This document shows, piece after piece, positions 37,764-47,935 of a stretch of DNA of 52,335 bases. The stretch's first letter is position 1; the number at the start of each line of letters is the position of its first letter. The notes under the pieces were generated by a model. That model was not told the DNA's origin, did no database searches, and saw nothing but the letters and a program-made list of their open reading frames with translations. The DNA comes from a virus (lineage: Duplodnaviria; Caudoviricetes): positions 1-52,335 of IMG/VR virus record IMGVR_UViG_3300020439_000007; one strand, 5' to 3'. Both the position numbers and the translations under genes were made by a program.

Positions 37764-40568
37764 ATGGCGACTCCTCAATTATCTCCTGGTGTATTAACTA
37801 GAGAGGTTGACTTAACCGTAGGAAGAGCTGAGAACGTTCTTGATAATATTGGAGGTATTGCGGGTCCTTTTGAACGTGGACCTGTTAATGAACCAATCAC
37901 GGTATCTACCGAGCAAGAATTCATCAACAACTTCGGCAAACCAAAAACAGAGGACAATCAGTATGAATACTGGATGTCTGGATCTGCATATCTACAGTAC
38001 GGTGGTATCCTCAAAGTAGTTCGTACTGATGGAGCAAACCTGACCAATGCTAACGTTGGTATTGGAACATCCGCACTGGCAGACACAAAGATCAAGAATT
38101 TTGATGACTACAATAGCAACTATGCTACTGCAGCATCCAACTTCTACTATGCAGCAAAGAACCCAGGAACTTGGGCAAATAACCTTAAGATTTGCGTCAT
38201 TGACGACTTAGGTGACCAAATCCTCGGTATTGGAACAACTTCTGGTGCTTCTGTTGGTGCTCAAGTTGGTTACGGTGTCACCGTTGACATCAGTGGACAG
38301 GTAATTCCTGGAGCAGGAACAACTCAAGCCTTTACTGGATATCTGAAGGGAGTCGTAACTCAAGTTGTTGACACTCCAGAGATTGGATTAACTGCAGTTA
38401 CTGTTAAGATTCACTCCAGAGTATCTACTGGTGGTACACAACCAGGAAGACACTACAGAGTTCCTTACACTGAGAATAGTGCATATTCTTCCTTCTTAAA
38501 AGGTCAAAGAATCAGCTTCATCGATAATAATGGATTAGTTGCTTCTCCAGTAGACTCTATTGCTACAGTTGGAATCACAACATCTACTCCTATCAATGGT
38601 GAGCAAGGACAATCCTATACTGGTGTAGGAGGAACTTCTTCTGGTTCTGGTAGTCAAGCAACATTCACCATTACAAGAAACAATACAGATGGTAATGTTG
38701 ATGCTTCTGGTGTCGTACTGGTAAATGCAGGTTTAGGATACACTGTAGGTGAGACCGTATCTATCGGTGGTTCTTCTGTTGGTGGTTTTGATCTCCATCA
38801 AGGTGCTATTAAGACAATTGGTCTCACAACTTCCACTACTGTCCCTGCAGCATCTAATGGTGTATACCTGAGTGTTGCTGGCGTAAGCACAGTTGGTTCT
38901 GGCGTCTCCTTCAATGTTTACAGAGATGCATCTGGTGGAATTGGAACTGTAACTGCAACAAACACTGGTCTTGCTTATGCAAACGGTGGCACAGTTACTA
39001 TTCCAGGTAATGTAATTGGTGGTGTCACCCCAGGTGATGATGCTACTATGACAATCTCTGCACTTAGAGATGACAAGATTGTTCTTGAAATCACTCAGGC
39101 AGATTCTAGAGTCGAAATTGCTGGTGTTGATGACTGGTACAATTCTCAAACATTAGGTTTGGAGAATTCCACGATTTACTGGAGCACACTTGCACCAAAA
39201 CCAGGAACTTCTGCATATTCTGCTGAGCGTAATGCTGAAAATGATGAGTTGCACGTCGTTGTTGTTGACGATGATGGATCTGTAACTGGTGTAAGAGGTA
39301 ATATCCTTGAGAAGCACGTTGCTCTGTCTAAGGCAAAAGATGCAGTATCTCAGGTTAATTCTCCTCAAAAGATCTGGTATAAGAATTATCTAGCAAACTT
39401 CTCCGAATATCTCTACGCTGGAGGTAATCAGAGTACAAATAACGATAATTACCACAATACCTTCCCAACATCGACTGTATTTACTGAAGCAGCAACTGCA
39501 ACCATTTATCAGGGTGCAGATCCAGCAACAACATTCAGTGTTCCATCTGCTATCTCACAACTTCAATGGGATAAAGATGCACAGGGTCAAACCTTTAGTT
39601 CTATTGGTGCTGCTTCATATGTTCTTGAGAACGGTAAAAATTACACTTCTCAAGGTAATCTGAAGGCATCTCTTGGAGATATAATCACAGCATACGATCT
39701 CTTCAATAACAAAGAGGATGTTGCAGTTGATTATCTCATCATGGGTCCTGGTTGCGATTCAATTACTGATAGCCAAGCAAAAGCAAATCGTTTGATCTCC
39801 ATCGCAGATGGTAGAAAGGATTGTGTTGCGGTAATCTCTCCTCATAGAGCATCTATCGTAGACCTTACGAATCCATCTGTACAGACAAACAATCTGCTTC
39901 AGTTCTTCGGACCACTAACTTCCTCATCTTATGCAATCTTTGATAGTGGTTACAAGTACACCTATGACAGATTTAACAATCTCTTCCGTTATGTACCATG
40001 TAATGCAGACATTGCTGGTTTGATGTGCCGCACAAATATCGTTGCATACCCATGGTTCTCCCCAGCGGGTCAGCAAAGAGGTATTATCAAGAATGCAATT
40101 AAACTTGCATACAATCCTGATAAGGCACAAAGAGACGCTCTGTATTCTGCAAGAATTAACTCTGTTGTTAATCAGTCTGGTGCAGGTGTACTCCTCTTTG
40201 GTGATAAGACCGCGCTCGCATATGCGTCCGCATTCGATAGAATCAATGTTCGCCGCCTGTTCCTCACAGTTGAGCAATCTCTGCAGAGAGCAGCGGAAGC
40301 ACAACTCTTTGAATTCAACGATCAAATCACAAGATCTAACTTCGTGAACATCGTTGAACCATATCTTCGCGATATTCAAGCGAAGCGTGGAATCTATGAT
40401 TATCTGGTCATTTGTGATGAGACCAATAACACACCTGATGTTATTGATAACAACGAGTTCAGAGCAGACATCTTCCTGAAGCCTGCTAAGTCGATTAACT
40501 ACGTCACACTGACGTTTGTTGCTACCAGAACTGGCGTCTCCTTTGAAGAAGTCGCTGGTAGAGTCTGA
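37764..40568 (+). CDS. gp18: tail sheath protein gp18 (934 aa, enlarged by inserted domains)
   Basis: LSPGVLTREVDLT, AKNPGTWAN, PWFSPAG..RG, FDRINVRRLF, KPAKSINYVTLTFVATRTGVSFEE. Confidence 0.97.
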   Translation: MATPQLSPGVLTREVDLTVGRAENVLDNIGGIAGPFERGPVNEPITVSTEQEFINNFGKPKTEDNQYEYWMSGSAYLQYGGILKVVRTDGANLTNANVGIGTSALADTKIKNFDDYNSNYATAASNFYYAAKNPGTWANNLKICVIDDLGDQILGIGTTSGASVGAQVGYGVTVDISGQVIPGAGTTQAFTGYLKGVVTQVVDTPEIGLTAVTVKIHSRVSTGGTQPGRHYRVPYTENSAYSSFLKGQRISFIDNNGLVASPVDSIATVGITTSTPINGEQGQSYTGVGGTSSGSGSQATFTITRNNTDGNVDASGVVLVNAGLGYTVGETVSIGGSSVGGFDLHQGAIKTIGLTTSTTVPAASNGVYLSVAGVSTVGSGVSFNVYRDASGGIGTVTATNTGLAYANGGTVTIPGNVIGGVTPGDDATMTISALRDDKIVLEITQADSRVEIAGVDDWYNSQTLGLENSTIYWSTLAPKPGTSAYSAERNAENDELHVVVVDDDGSVTGVRGNILEKHVALSKAKDAVSQVNSPQKIWYKNYLANFSEYLYAGGNQSTNNDNYHNTFPTSTVFTEAATATIYQGADPATTFSVPSAISQLQWDKDAQGQTFSSIGAASYVLENGKNYTSQGNLKASLGDIITAYDLFNNKEDVAVDYLIMGPGCDSITDSQAKANRLISIADGRKDCVAVISPHRASIVDLTNPSVQTNNLLQFFGPLTSSSYAIFDSGYKYTYDRFNNLFRYVPCNADIAGLMCRTNIVAYPWFSPAGQQRGIIKNAIKLAYNPDKAQRDALYSARINSVVNQSGAGVLLFGDKTALAYASAFDRINVRRLFLTVEQSLQRAAEAQLFEFNDQITRSNFVNIVEPYLRDIQAKRGIYDYLVICDETNNTPDVIDNNEFRADIFLKPAKSINYVTLTFVATRTGVSFEEVAGRV

Positions 40569-40604
40569 TCTATTTGATAATTAAAACACGGAGGAATCTA
40601 ACAA

Positions 40605-41222
40605 ATGGCACGCGCAATCAGAACTATCAGCGCCTTTAAATCAAAATTAGCAGGTGGCGCTGCTAGACCCAACCTGTTCGAGGTTGAAATTCCAAGCTTC
40701 CCCGCCTTCGTGGCGGGAGACTGGGACAATGAAACTAGAGAGAAGTTCAGCTTCATGGCAAAGGCAGCAGCATTACCTGCTTCTAATGTTGCTCAAATCG
40801 AAATTCCATTCAGAGGAAGAGTTCTGAAGGTTGCGGGAGATCGCACCTTCGATGTGTGGACTGTCACCATCATTAACGATGAGGACTTCAAAATCCGCAC
40901 AGCAATGGAACAGTGGATGAACATGCTTAGCAAGTTGGATAACGCAACTGGCGCTACCAACCCAAGTTCCTACATGGTTGATGCATTTGTTCATCAACTG
41001 GGTAGAGGTATTAGCAAGAACTCCACTGGTCATGGTGGAGAGAACACTCAATACGAGGCACCTCTTAGAACCTACAGATTCTATGATATCTTCCCAACTA
41101 ATGTTGGTCAGATTGATCTGTCTTATGAATCAACTGATACTCCAGAGGAGTTTACAGTTGACTTCCAGGTACAATACTGGGCTGCTGGAGAAGGTGATCA
41201 AACTGGAACAATCATCAGTTGA
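40605..41222 (+). CDS. gp19: tail tube protein gp19
   Basis: GGAARPNLFEV, LPAS.V..IEIPFRGR.LKVAGDRTFD.WTVTIINDEDF, FPTNV..IDLSY, EEFTVDFQVQYW. GGAGG RBS. Confidence 0.97.
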   Translation: MARAIRTISAFKSKLAGGAARPNLFEVEIPSFPAFVAGDWDNETREKFSFMAKAAALPASNVAQIEIPFRGRVLKVAGDRTFDVWTVTIINDEDFKIRTAMEQWMNMLSKLDNATGATNPSSYMVDAFVHQLGRGISKNSTGHGGENTQYEAPLRTYRFYDIFPTNVGQIDLSYESTDTPEEFTVDFQVQYWAAGEGDQTGTIIS

Positions 41223-41227
41223 TCTAA

Positions 41228-41270
41228 GTTAGTGCTATTTGTTGTATAATAAATAGTACTAACAGTTTTA
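41228..41270 (+). terminator. 16-bp hairpin plus T-run after gp19 (possible terminator/processing site) with the gp20 late promoter TAAATA (41250-41255) in its 3' arm
   Basis: GTTAGTGCTATTTGTT-GTAT-AATAAATAGTACTAAC pairs with two G:U, followed by AGTTTTA. Confidence 0.55.
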
Positions 41271-41283
41271 CGCCCAAGTTATA

Positions 41284-42945
41284 ATGGCGAAATTATTTGG
41301 TTTTTCCATCGAAGATGGTGATAATAAGCCGAAAGGTGCAGTCTCCCCCGTTCCTCAGAATAATGAGGACGGGGTAGATCATTATCTGACGAGTGGATTT
41401 TTTGGTTCTTATGTTGACATTGAGGGCGTCTACAGATCTGAATATGATCTAATTAAACGTTATAGAGAGATGGCACTGCATCCAGAGGTGGATGGTGCGA
41501 TTGAAGATATTGTTAACGAAGCAATCGTAAGTGATACAAATGATAGTCCTGTTCAGATTGAATTATCTAATCTGAATGCAAGTGATGGTCTTAAGAAAAA
41601 AATCAGAGAGGAGTTCAAGTACCTTCTTGAATTGCTTGATTTTGATAAAAAAGCACATGAGATCTACAGGAACTGGTATGTAGATGGTAGACTTTATTAT
41701 CATAAAGTAATTGATCTCAAAAACCCCAGTGATGGTATTCAAGAACTGAGATACATTGATGCGCTGAAGATGCGTTTTGTTCGTCAGGCAGGAAAGCAAA
41801 AGAAGGAAGATATTAGATATCAACCAAATGCTGAGAAGGATCCTAAAGATGCAGGGTTCCCAAATATTCAAGAATACTTTATCTACAATCAATCTACAAG
41901 TCAGATTGGTTCTATCGCAAACAGAGGATCCAATCAAGCATCTCAAGGAATTAAGTTTGCAAAAGATTCGATCACCTATTGTACGTCTGGATTGGTAGAT
42001 CGCAATAAAAATCTTACTCTCTCATATTTGCATAAGGCAATCAAAGGTCTTAATCAACTTCGTATGATCGAAGACTCTTTGGTTATCTATCGTCTGAGTA
42101 GAGCACCTGAGCGTCGTATCTTTTATATTGATGTTGGTAATCTGCCTAAGATGAAGGCAGAACAGTATCTCCGTGATGTGATGATGAGATATCGCAACAA
42201 ACTTGTATACGATGCTCAAACTGGAGAGATCCGTGACGACAAGAAGTTCATGTCTATGTTGGAAGACTTCTGGCTTCCTAGACGTGAAGGTGGTCGTGGA
42301 ACGGAGATCTCTACTCTTCCTGGAGGTCAGAATCTTGGAGAATTGTCTGATATCAAATACTTCCAAGAAAAACTCTATCGTTCATTGAACGTTCCCACAT
42401 CCAGAATTGGTGGTCAAGAAGGATTCAATCTTGGTCGTTCCTCTGAAATTCTTAGAGATGAACTGAAGTTCACTAAGTTTGTTGGACGACTGAGAAAGAG
42501 ATTCTCTGCTATGTTCAACGATCTTCTCAAAACTCAGTTGATCCTTAAGAACATCGTATCTCCAGAAGATTGGAATACGATGTCAGAGCACATTCAATAT
42601 GATTTCCTTTATGATAATCACTTCTCTGAACTCAAAGATGCGGAGTTGATGACTGAGAGACTGAATATTGCTGCAACCGCAGAACCTTACATTGGTAAGT
42701 ATTACTCTCAAGATTATGTCCGCCGTAAAATTCTTCGTCAGACCGATGAAGAGATTATCGAACAGGACAAGTTGATCAAGCAAGAGATTGCTGCAGGAAT
42801 TATTCCTGATCCTAATGCACCTATTGATCCTGCAACAGGAGAACCAGTTCCCGCTGGGGGTGAAGACTTGGGAGACCCAATTCAAGAACCAAATCTTGAT
42901 GGAGTAAAAGACGGAGGAAGTACAGAAGCACCTGAAATAGTTTAA
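41284..42945 (+). CDS. gp20: portal protein gp20
   Basis: YREMALHPEVD.AIEDIVNEAIV, LRMIEDSLVIYRLSRAPERRIFYIDVGNLPK, EDFWLPRREGGRGTEI. Confidence 0.98.
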   Translation: MAKLFGFSIEDGDNKPKGAVSPVPQNNEDGVDHYLTSGFFGSYVDIEGVYRSEYDLIKRYREMALHPEVDGAIEDIVNEAIVSDTNDSPVQIELSNLNASDGLKKKIREEFKYLLELLDFDKKAHEIYRNWYVDGRLYYHKVIDLKNPSDGIQELRYIDALKMRFVRQAGKQKKEDIRYQPNAEKDPKDAGFPNIQEYFIYNQSTSQIGSIANRGSNQASQGIKFAKDSITYCTSGLVDRNKNLTLSYLHKAIKGLNQLRMIEDSLVIYRLSRAPERRIFYIDVGNLPKMKAEQYLRDVMMRYRNKLVYDAQTGEIRDDKKFMSMLEDFWLPRREGGRGTEISTLPGGQNLGELSDIKYFQEKLYRSLNVPTSRIGGQEGFNLGRSSEILRDELKFTKFVGRLRKRFSAMFNDLLKTQLILKNIVSPEDWNTMSEHIQYDFLYDNHFSELKDAELMTERLNIAATAEPYIGKYYSQDYVRRKILRQTDEEIIEQDKLIKQEIAAGIIPDPNAPIDPATGEPVPAGGEDLGDPIQEPNLDGVKDGGSTEAPEIV

Positions 42946-42947
42946 TT

Positions 42948-43610
42948 ATGAATTCATATCATAGGTTTTTGGATATTGGGGATTATGTCCCCAATATTGA
43001 CGTGTCAAAATATAGAACAGAAGGAATACGTTGGCCAGAGTTTCATAAACAATTACAGTTTAAAGATCTTGGCAACGATAAAATAAAACCATGGTTAGAG
43101 GGTATGGGATTTACCTCTACATGGATTGAATTTTTCTATACTCCACCACATGATGATGGAGTAATTCACTCCGATAATGTTTACTATGCTGACTGGGCAA
43201 AGCTAATATTTCAATTTAATGGTGAAGGTAGTACCATGAGATGGTGGAAGTCCGATATGGTAATGAGAGTCAGTACTAGTGCAGAGCAAGTTTGCTCTAC
43301 TCAAATTCCAGAGAGAAGTGAATATAATGTGGGTGATAGAACTAATGACCACTATCATGGGCAAGTTCTTGTAACCAGAGAGCAATACTCTACCTTACAA
43401 TATGAAGCAGATGTATCTACACCAAGTTTAGTGAATGTGGGTCCTCTCCATAGTTCACATAATCCAACAGACAATAAGAGATTCACTATTACTATTGCAC
43501 TGATGGATAAAAATACTCCTTATGAGAGGAGAATCTTATGGGACGAAGCAGTGGAAGCGTTCAAACCTTACACAGTTGATTCTTTAGTAAACCTTTACGT
43601 CTCAAAATAA
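42948..43610 (+). CDS. putative cupin / Fe(II)-2OG-type oxygenase (220 aa)
   Basis: EFFYTPP...GVIHSD (HxD) and a distal SLVNVGPLHSSHNP..NKR (H...R), as in double-stranded beta-helix oxygenases. Confidence 0.55.
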   Translation: MNSYHRFLDIGDYVPNIDVSKYRTEGIRWPEFHKQLQFKDLGNDKIKPWLEGMGFTSTWIEFFYTPPHDDGVIHSDNVYYADWAKLIFQFNGEGSTMRWWKSDMVMRVSTSAEQVCSTQIPERSEYNVGDRTNDHYHGQVLVTREQYSTLQYEADVSTPSLVNVGPLHSSHNPTDNKRFTITIALMDKNTPYERRILWDEAVEAFKPYTVDSLVNLYVSK

Positions 43611-45312
43611 ACACAGTGTGAGGATCGTTTCTATCGAATTCCTTGAATTCTGTGTCTACCGCATAAGTATCTTTACCACATTGAATTTGATACGGGTATT
43701 CAGTGTCTTCATCAAAAATAAATGCCCTTTGGAGTTTTAAAGTATCTTCAGTGACTAGATTTAAATCAGATAGAATATCAAAAATACTTTCTTTATTTCT
43801 GAACATAAAGGCAAAACTTGCAGCATGAAGAGTGTGTCCATGTTTACCTTGATCTAAGATTTTACCAGTCTTCATGTAGTGAGACACAGATCTTTCAATT
43901 TCCCTATAGTGATCCCCAATAACACCAGGATCATTTTTTATGTAATCGAACAGTTTATCATAAAAAGACCGATACCCCATTCCAAGACTATTGAGATGTT
44001 TTGCAACAAGTTGAGTATATCCTGCAATATGAAATTGAATGACTAACCACCCGTAAAGATATGCTTCAATAAGTTCGTCATTAGTCATTGTGTTGGTTTC
44101 CGAGATCAACTCAATGACTTCTTTAATTCCATGATCATCTTTACTAAAGGACATATAGTCTTCAGCTTTGATAGTTTTAATGCCATGAACTTCTCTTGAC
44201 AGGGCACTATTTAAATCAGTATCACCAAACATTTGACAGAACCAAACATCTATAGATTCATGTTGCCCACACTCAAGTATCTGAGAAAATCCATCCTTCC
44301 AAGAATCTAAGGTTTCTTCAGGTAATCCAAGTATCAGTTCAGTATATGTCTTTACGCCATATTTTTTACTCTTCTCGATTTGCTCAGAAATTTTATTGAT
44401 ACTCATGTTCTTTCTCTTAATTGATTTAAGAGTCGGTTCATTCATACTTTGAACACTAAGTGTCACTCCTCTACTAATATCACCAAGAATTTGAGCAATC
44501 TCAAAGATGACTTCGGTTGAGTTCTTTGAATACTGAACATTAATCGCTTCTATTTTACCACGATTTGCTGCATCTCTGAAGAGCTTGGCAATCTCAAGGT
44601 CTCTCTCCTTGAACATTCCAAAGTTTGCATCTGCATTGAATATGAATCCAACATTATGTCTTGCTGCCCAATCAATGTCATGTTCGATTCTTTCTAATCC
44701 AAAGTGCTTAACTTTTTGATAAGTCATTCCACCCCAGTCACAATAAGTGCATCTGTGAGGACAACCTCTATTGGTCTCTATCGTCATAGACCAAAGAACG
44801 TCAGGATTGTCTGCAACTATTTTATTGAATACTCCCAATTGATATGGGCTTTGAAAGTCCAGGTCATCTATTCTTTCTTTTTTATAGATTCTCTCATAAG
44901 GTTCATGCATTATTATCTTCCTAAGAAGATCTAAAAATGATTGCTCACCTTCAGAGATAATAATACAGTCAATAAAGTCATACTTTGCAAGTTTCTCGGT
45001 TGCTTGAGGTCCTCCAAATTCTATAACGCAGTTTGGATACTTCTCCTTTATCAACTTGGCAACATGTAAATTGTATTGCTCATTCCAAATGTAAGTACTG
45101 AATGCACAAACTACTGGGTTCTCTAATCTAGCAACGAGTTCTTCTGGGTTCTCTCTTTTAAAAATAAAATCTTTTAAGTGATATCCACTAGCAACATCAC
45201 CATATTGTAAACAATATGCCCAGAGACAACCAACACTATAAGGTAACCAATACGTGTCTTCCTTTCTGACTTCTACCGCATACTGCGGTTGGAACATGTA
45301 TAAGTTTCTCAT
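43561..45312 (-). CDS. cobalamin-binding (class B) radical SAM protein, copy 1 (583 aa)
   Basis: N-terminal B12-binding domain (CAFSTYIWN...IEFGGPQ, IISEGEQSF). ETNRGCPHRCTYCDWG (CxxxCxxC), ADANFG, TELILGLPEET. Confidence 0.88.
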   Translation of the reverse strand: MRNLYMFQPQYAVEVRKEDTYWLPYSVGCLWAYCLQYGDVASGYHLKDFIFKRENPEELVARLENPVVCAFSTYIWNEQYNLHVAKLIKEKYPNCVIEFGGPQATEKLAKYDFIDCIIISEGEQSFLDLLRKIIMHEPYERIYKKERIDDLDFQSPYQLGVFNKIVADNPDVLWSMTIETNRGCPHRCTYCDWGGMTYQKVKHFGLERIEHDIDWAARHNVGFIFNADANFGMFKERDLEIAKLFRDAANRGKIEAINVQYSKNSTEVIFEIAQILGDISRGVTLSVQSMNEPTLKSIKRKNMSINKISEQIEKSKKYGVKTYTELILGLPEETLDSWKDGFSQILECGQHESIDVWFCQMFGDTDLNSALSREVHGIKTIKAEDYMSFSKDDHGIKEVIELISETNTMTNDELIEAYLYGWLVIQFHIAGYTQLVAKHLNSLGMGYRSFYDKLFDYIKNDPGVIGDHYREIERSVSHYMKTGKILDQGKHGHTLHAASFAFMFRNKESIFDILSDLNLVTEDTLKLQRAFIFDEDTEYPYQIQCGKDTYAVDTEFKEFDRNDPHTVFILRRKGLLKNQLCKV

Positions 45313-47036
45313 AGTGCTGTGATTTTATTTTTTAAAAGATTCTTTCTTTTTAAAACCCAGATATCGTCTCTTTCTTCTTCCATTCTAGCATTATCTACCA
45401 AATATTCTCCAACATGTTGAGGGTAGTCTATATTTGGATTATATATGTAACTTCTTTGTAGTTCCATAATATCGTCTGGAATAAACATTCCACAACAATT
45501 CCTAATATAGTTGATGACTACTTCTTTATGGGACCAGAAGAATTCAAAGTCGGTTCCCATACTCAATTCAAGAGTATGCCCAGTATCTTTATCAGACAAA
45601 ATTTTTCCATTCTTCAAATAGCTAGATACTCGTTCTTTTAACTCTCTAAAGTGTTTTCCAAGAGAACTATAATCTTTACCCAATGTATCAAATATATTAT
45701 CATAAAATTTACGATAACTAACTCCAAACTCTTTATTCAAATAGTCTGAGATTATCTCAGAGTATCCGTTGATGTGTAATTGTATAATCATCCACGAGTA
45801 GAGATATGCCTCTATCATTTCATCTGTAGTCATTGAATTTGTTTTATTGATAATCTCAACAATTTCTTTTACATTATCTTCTTTATTTGTGAATGACACA
45901 TAGTCCTCAGCATTAACAACCTTAATACCATACTTATCTCTATTAGAATTTAACTCAGTATTACCAAATACCTGACAAAACCAAACATCAATACTATCTT
46001 GCCCACAATCAAGAAGTTGACATATACCATCTTTCCAGGATTCTAAAGTTTCCTCAGGTAATCCCAAAATCAATTCAGTATATACATTTAAGTTACGTTC
46101 TCTTGCTTTCTTTACAAACTCGGCATTCCTTTTATTGTTTTGCCTTTTAATTGCACGGAGAGTAGGTCCATTCATAGACTGAACACTCATAGTCACACCA
46201 CGTCTATCATATGGACCAAGTGCCTCACTAATATCAAAGACAACATCTGTTGCATTTTTTGTATATTGAACAGTCAGGTCATCAATGATTGCATCTGGAT
46301 GATCTGCTGCTTTTCTTAGCATCTTTGCAATCTTAAGATCTCTATCCGCAAATATCCCAAAGTTTGCATCTGCCACCATTAGGAATCCAACTCGATGTGT
46401 GGACATCCAATTAATATCTCTTTCCACTTGGTCAAGATCAAACTTTTTAATTTTATTCATCCAGGTTCCCCAATCACAAAAAGTGCAGTGATGAGGACAA
46501 CCTCTGGTGGTTTCAATTAAAGTTGCCCAATTATATTCTGGATATTGATTTACAATATCATCAAAGATTCCAGATTCATATGGACTGGTATAACTTAAGT
46601 TCTCTAATTGAAGTCGTTCATAAACTGGTGGTATTGAGTGTCCGTTTTTTATCCTATTGAGAAGATCAACAAATGCTTGCTCACCTTCTCCAAGTAAAAC
46701 AGTATCTACATACTCTCTATCTACTAGACCTCTTGTTGCTTGTGGTCCACCAAATTCAATAACACATTTTGGATATCTTTTTTTAATCTCCTCTGCAAGA
46801 ATTAGATTATATTGTTCATTCCAAATATATGTACTAAAAGCGCAAACATCAGGATCTTTTATTCTATCGAGGACTTTATTAATGCTCTCTCTTTTAAATA
46901 CAATCTCTCCTAGTTCACATTCTGGTATCTGTTGTTTTGCATAACTCCAGAGACAACCAGCAGCATATGGTAACCAGTAATTTTTTGTTCCTTTAATTGT
47001 AATCTCGTGCTGAGGTTGGAACAAGTATACCTTCAT
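45309..47036 (-). CDS. cobalamin-binding (class B) radical SAM protein, copy 2 (575 aa)
   Basis: Paralog of copy 1: CAFSTYIWNEQYNL, IEFGGPQ, ETTRGCPHHCTFCDWG, ADANFG, TELILGLPEET. Its stop overlaps the start of copy 1 (ATGA). Confidence 0.88.
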   Translation of the reverse strand: MKVYLFQPQHEITIKGTKNYWLPYAAGCLWSYAKQQIPECELGEIVFKRESINKVLDRIKDPDVCAFSTYIWNEQYNLILAEEIKKRYPKCVIEFGGPQATRGLVDREYVDTVLLGEGEQAFVDLLNRIKNGHSIPPVYERLQLENLSYTSPYESGIFDDIVNQYPEYNWATLIETTRGCPHHCTFCDWGTWMNKIKKFDLDQVERDINWMSTHRVGFLMVADANFGIFADRDLKIAKMLRKAADHPDAIIDDLTVQYTKNATDVVFDISEALGPYDRRGVTMSVQSMNGPTLRAIKRQNNKRNAEFVKKARERNLNVYTELILGLPEETLESWKDGICQLLDCGQDSIDVWFCQVFGNTELNSNRDKYGIKVVNAEDYVSFTNKEDNVKEIVEIINKTNSMTTDEMIEAYLYSWMIIQLHINGYSEIISDYLNKEFGVSYRKFYDNIFDTLGKDYSSLGKHFRELKERVSSYLKNGKILSDKDTGHTLELSMGTDFEFFWSHKEVVINYIRNCCGMFIPDDIMELQRSYIYNPNIDYPQHVGEYLVDNARMEEERDDIWVLKRKNLLKNKITAL

Positions 47037-47919
47037 TATTTTTCATTGCTAGATCGTAAAAATATTTATCGTCCCACCTGGAGATGTCTCTCTCCATTAG
47101 AACATCATTATCTTTACTATAAGTAAAAAAATCATCTAAAGAAAATTTATCTCTATCATTATTCCACCACTCATGATATGCTTCATGACATTTGACAAAG
47201 CTGAGTTTTGGTTCCCATTTTAATTTACCAAATGGACCCTGATGGCTAATGCCAGCAAGGTAAGGATTTATTGGAATCAAAGGTATCGAATAACTTTTCC
47301 CAGATTGATTTATATAATAGTCTGGACTACCAGAAGTTGCAACATATTCAAGACCGTCGTGTATTCCAGAATCTCTATCAATATAAATGTGATTGGCAAT
47401 CGTATAATCAAACTTATATTTACCTAAAGGTTTGTGTAGATTAAGTAACTTCTCTACGTAGTCTCTATTAAGTAAGGAAGCACCTAATGAGTATTGTGAT
47501 TTAGTTGGATGAAGATAAAAAGGTATTATGTCTGGAGACTCAAATCCCAACTGTATAGAATCCCAGTCATACGGAATTCTACTCATAAATTCATCCCAAG
47601 TGAAGTGCCACTTCTTCATTAAAGATAAATCGTAATCATCTTCCATAAAAAGAAGATAATCCTCATCTGTTGCCAACCACTCTTCAAAAAAATCAAACAA
47701 CAAAGATCCATACCAGTTAATCCACTGTGAGCAGTTATCTGGATAATTACCTGTTAGGTTGTCTAAAAAATTTTTTGGTGGACCATCTTTAGGACAGGAT
47801 AGCATCTCTATCCTTGTATATGATAATCCAAGGGAATCAAATTGAGATTCCATATACTTCTTTCTATCTACTTTACGATCTACATTCGTATAGTAGATAT
47901 GAGGGAACCCATCCATCAC
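46993..47919 (-). CDS. glycosyltransferase family 25-like protein (start GTG 47919 or ATG 47916)
   Basis: IYYTNVDRKVDRKKYMESQF (GT25 N-terminus), YLLFMEDD, WDSIQLG, ASLLNRDYVEKLL. Confidence 0.75.
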   Translation of the reverse strand: MMDGFPHIYYTNVDRKVDRKKYMESQFDSLGLSYTRIEMLSCPKDGPPKNFLDNLTGNYPDNCSQWINWYGSLLFDFFEEWLATDEDYLLFMEDDYDLSLMKKWHFTWDEFMSRIPYDWDSIQLGFESPDIIPFYLHPTKSQYSLGASLLNRDYVEKLLNLHKPLGKYKFDYTIANHIYIDRDSGIHDGLEYVATSGSPDYYINQSGKSYSIPLIPINPYLAGISHQGPFGKLKWEPKLSFVKCHEAYHEWWNNDRDKFSLDDFFTYSKDNDVLMERDISRWDDKYFYDLAMKNNEGILVPTSARDYN

Positions 47920-47935
47920 AAAAAGTCTTTACTGA

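Noticed and set aside
35630-42945. Inteins, introns or homing endonucleases in gp17, gp18 or gp20
   Set aside because: gp17 and gp20 have normal lengths and continuous motifs. The gp18 insertion lacks intein splice motifs and endonuclease signatures.
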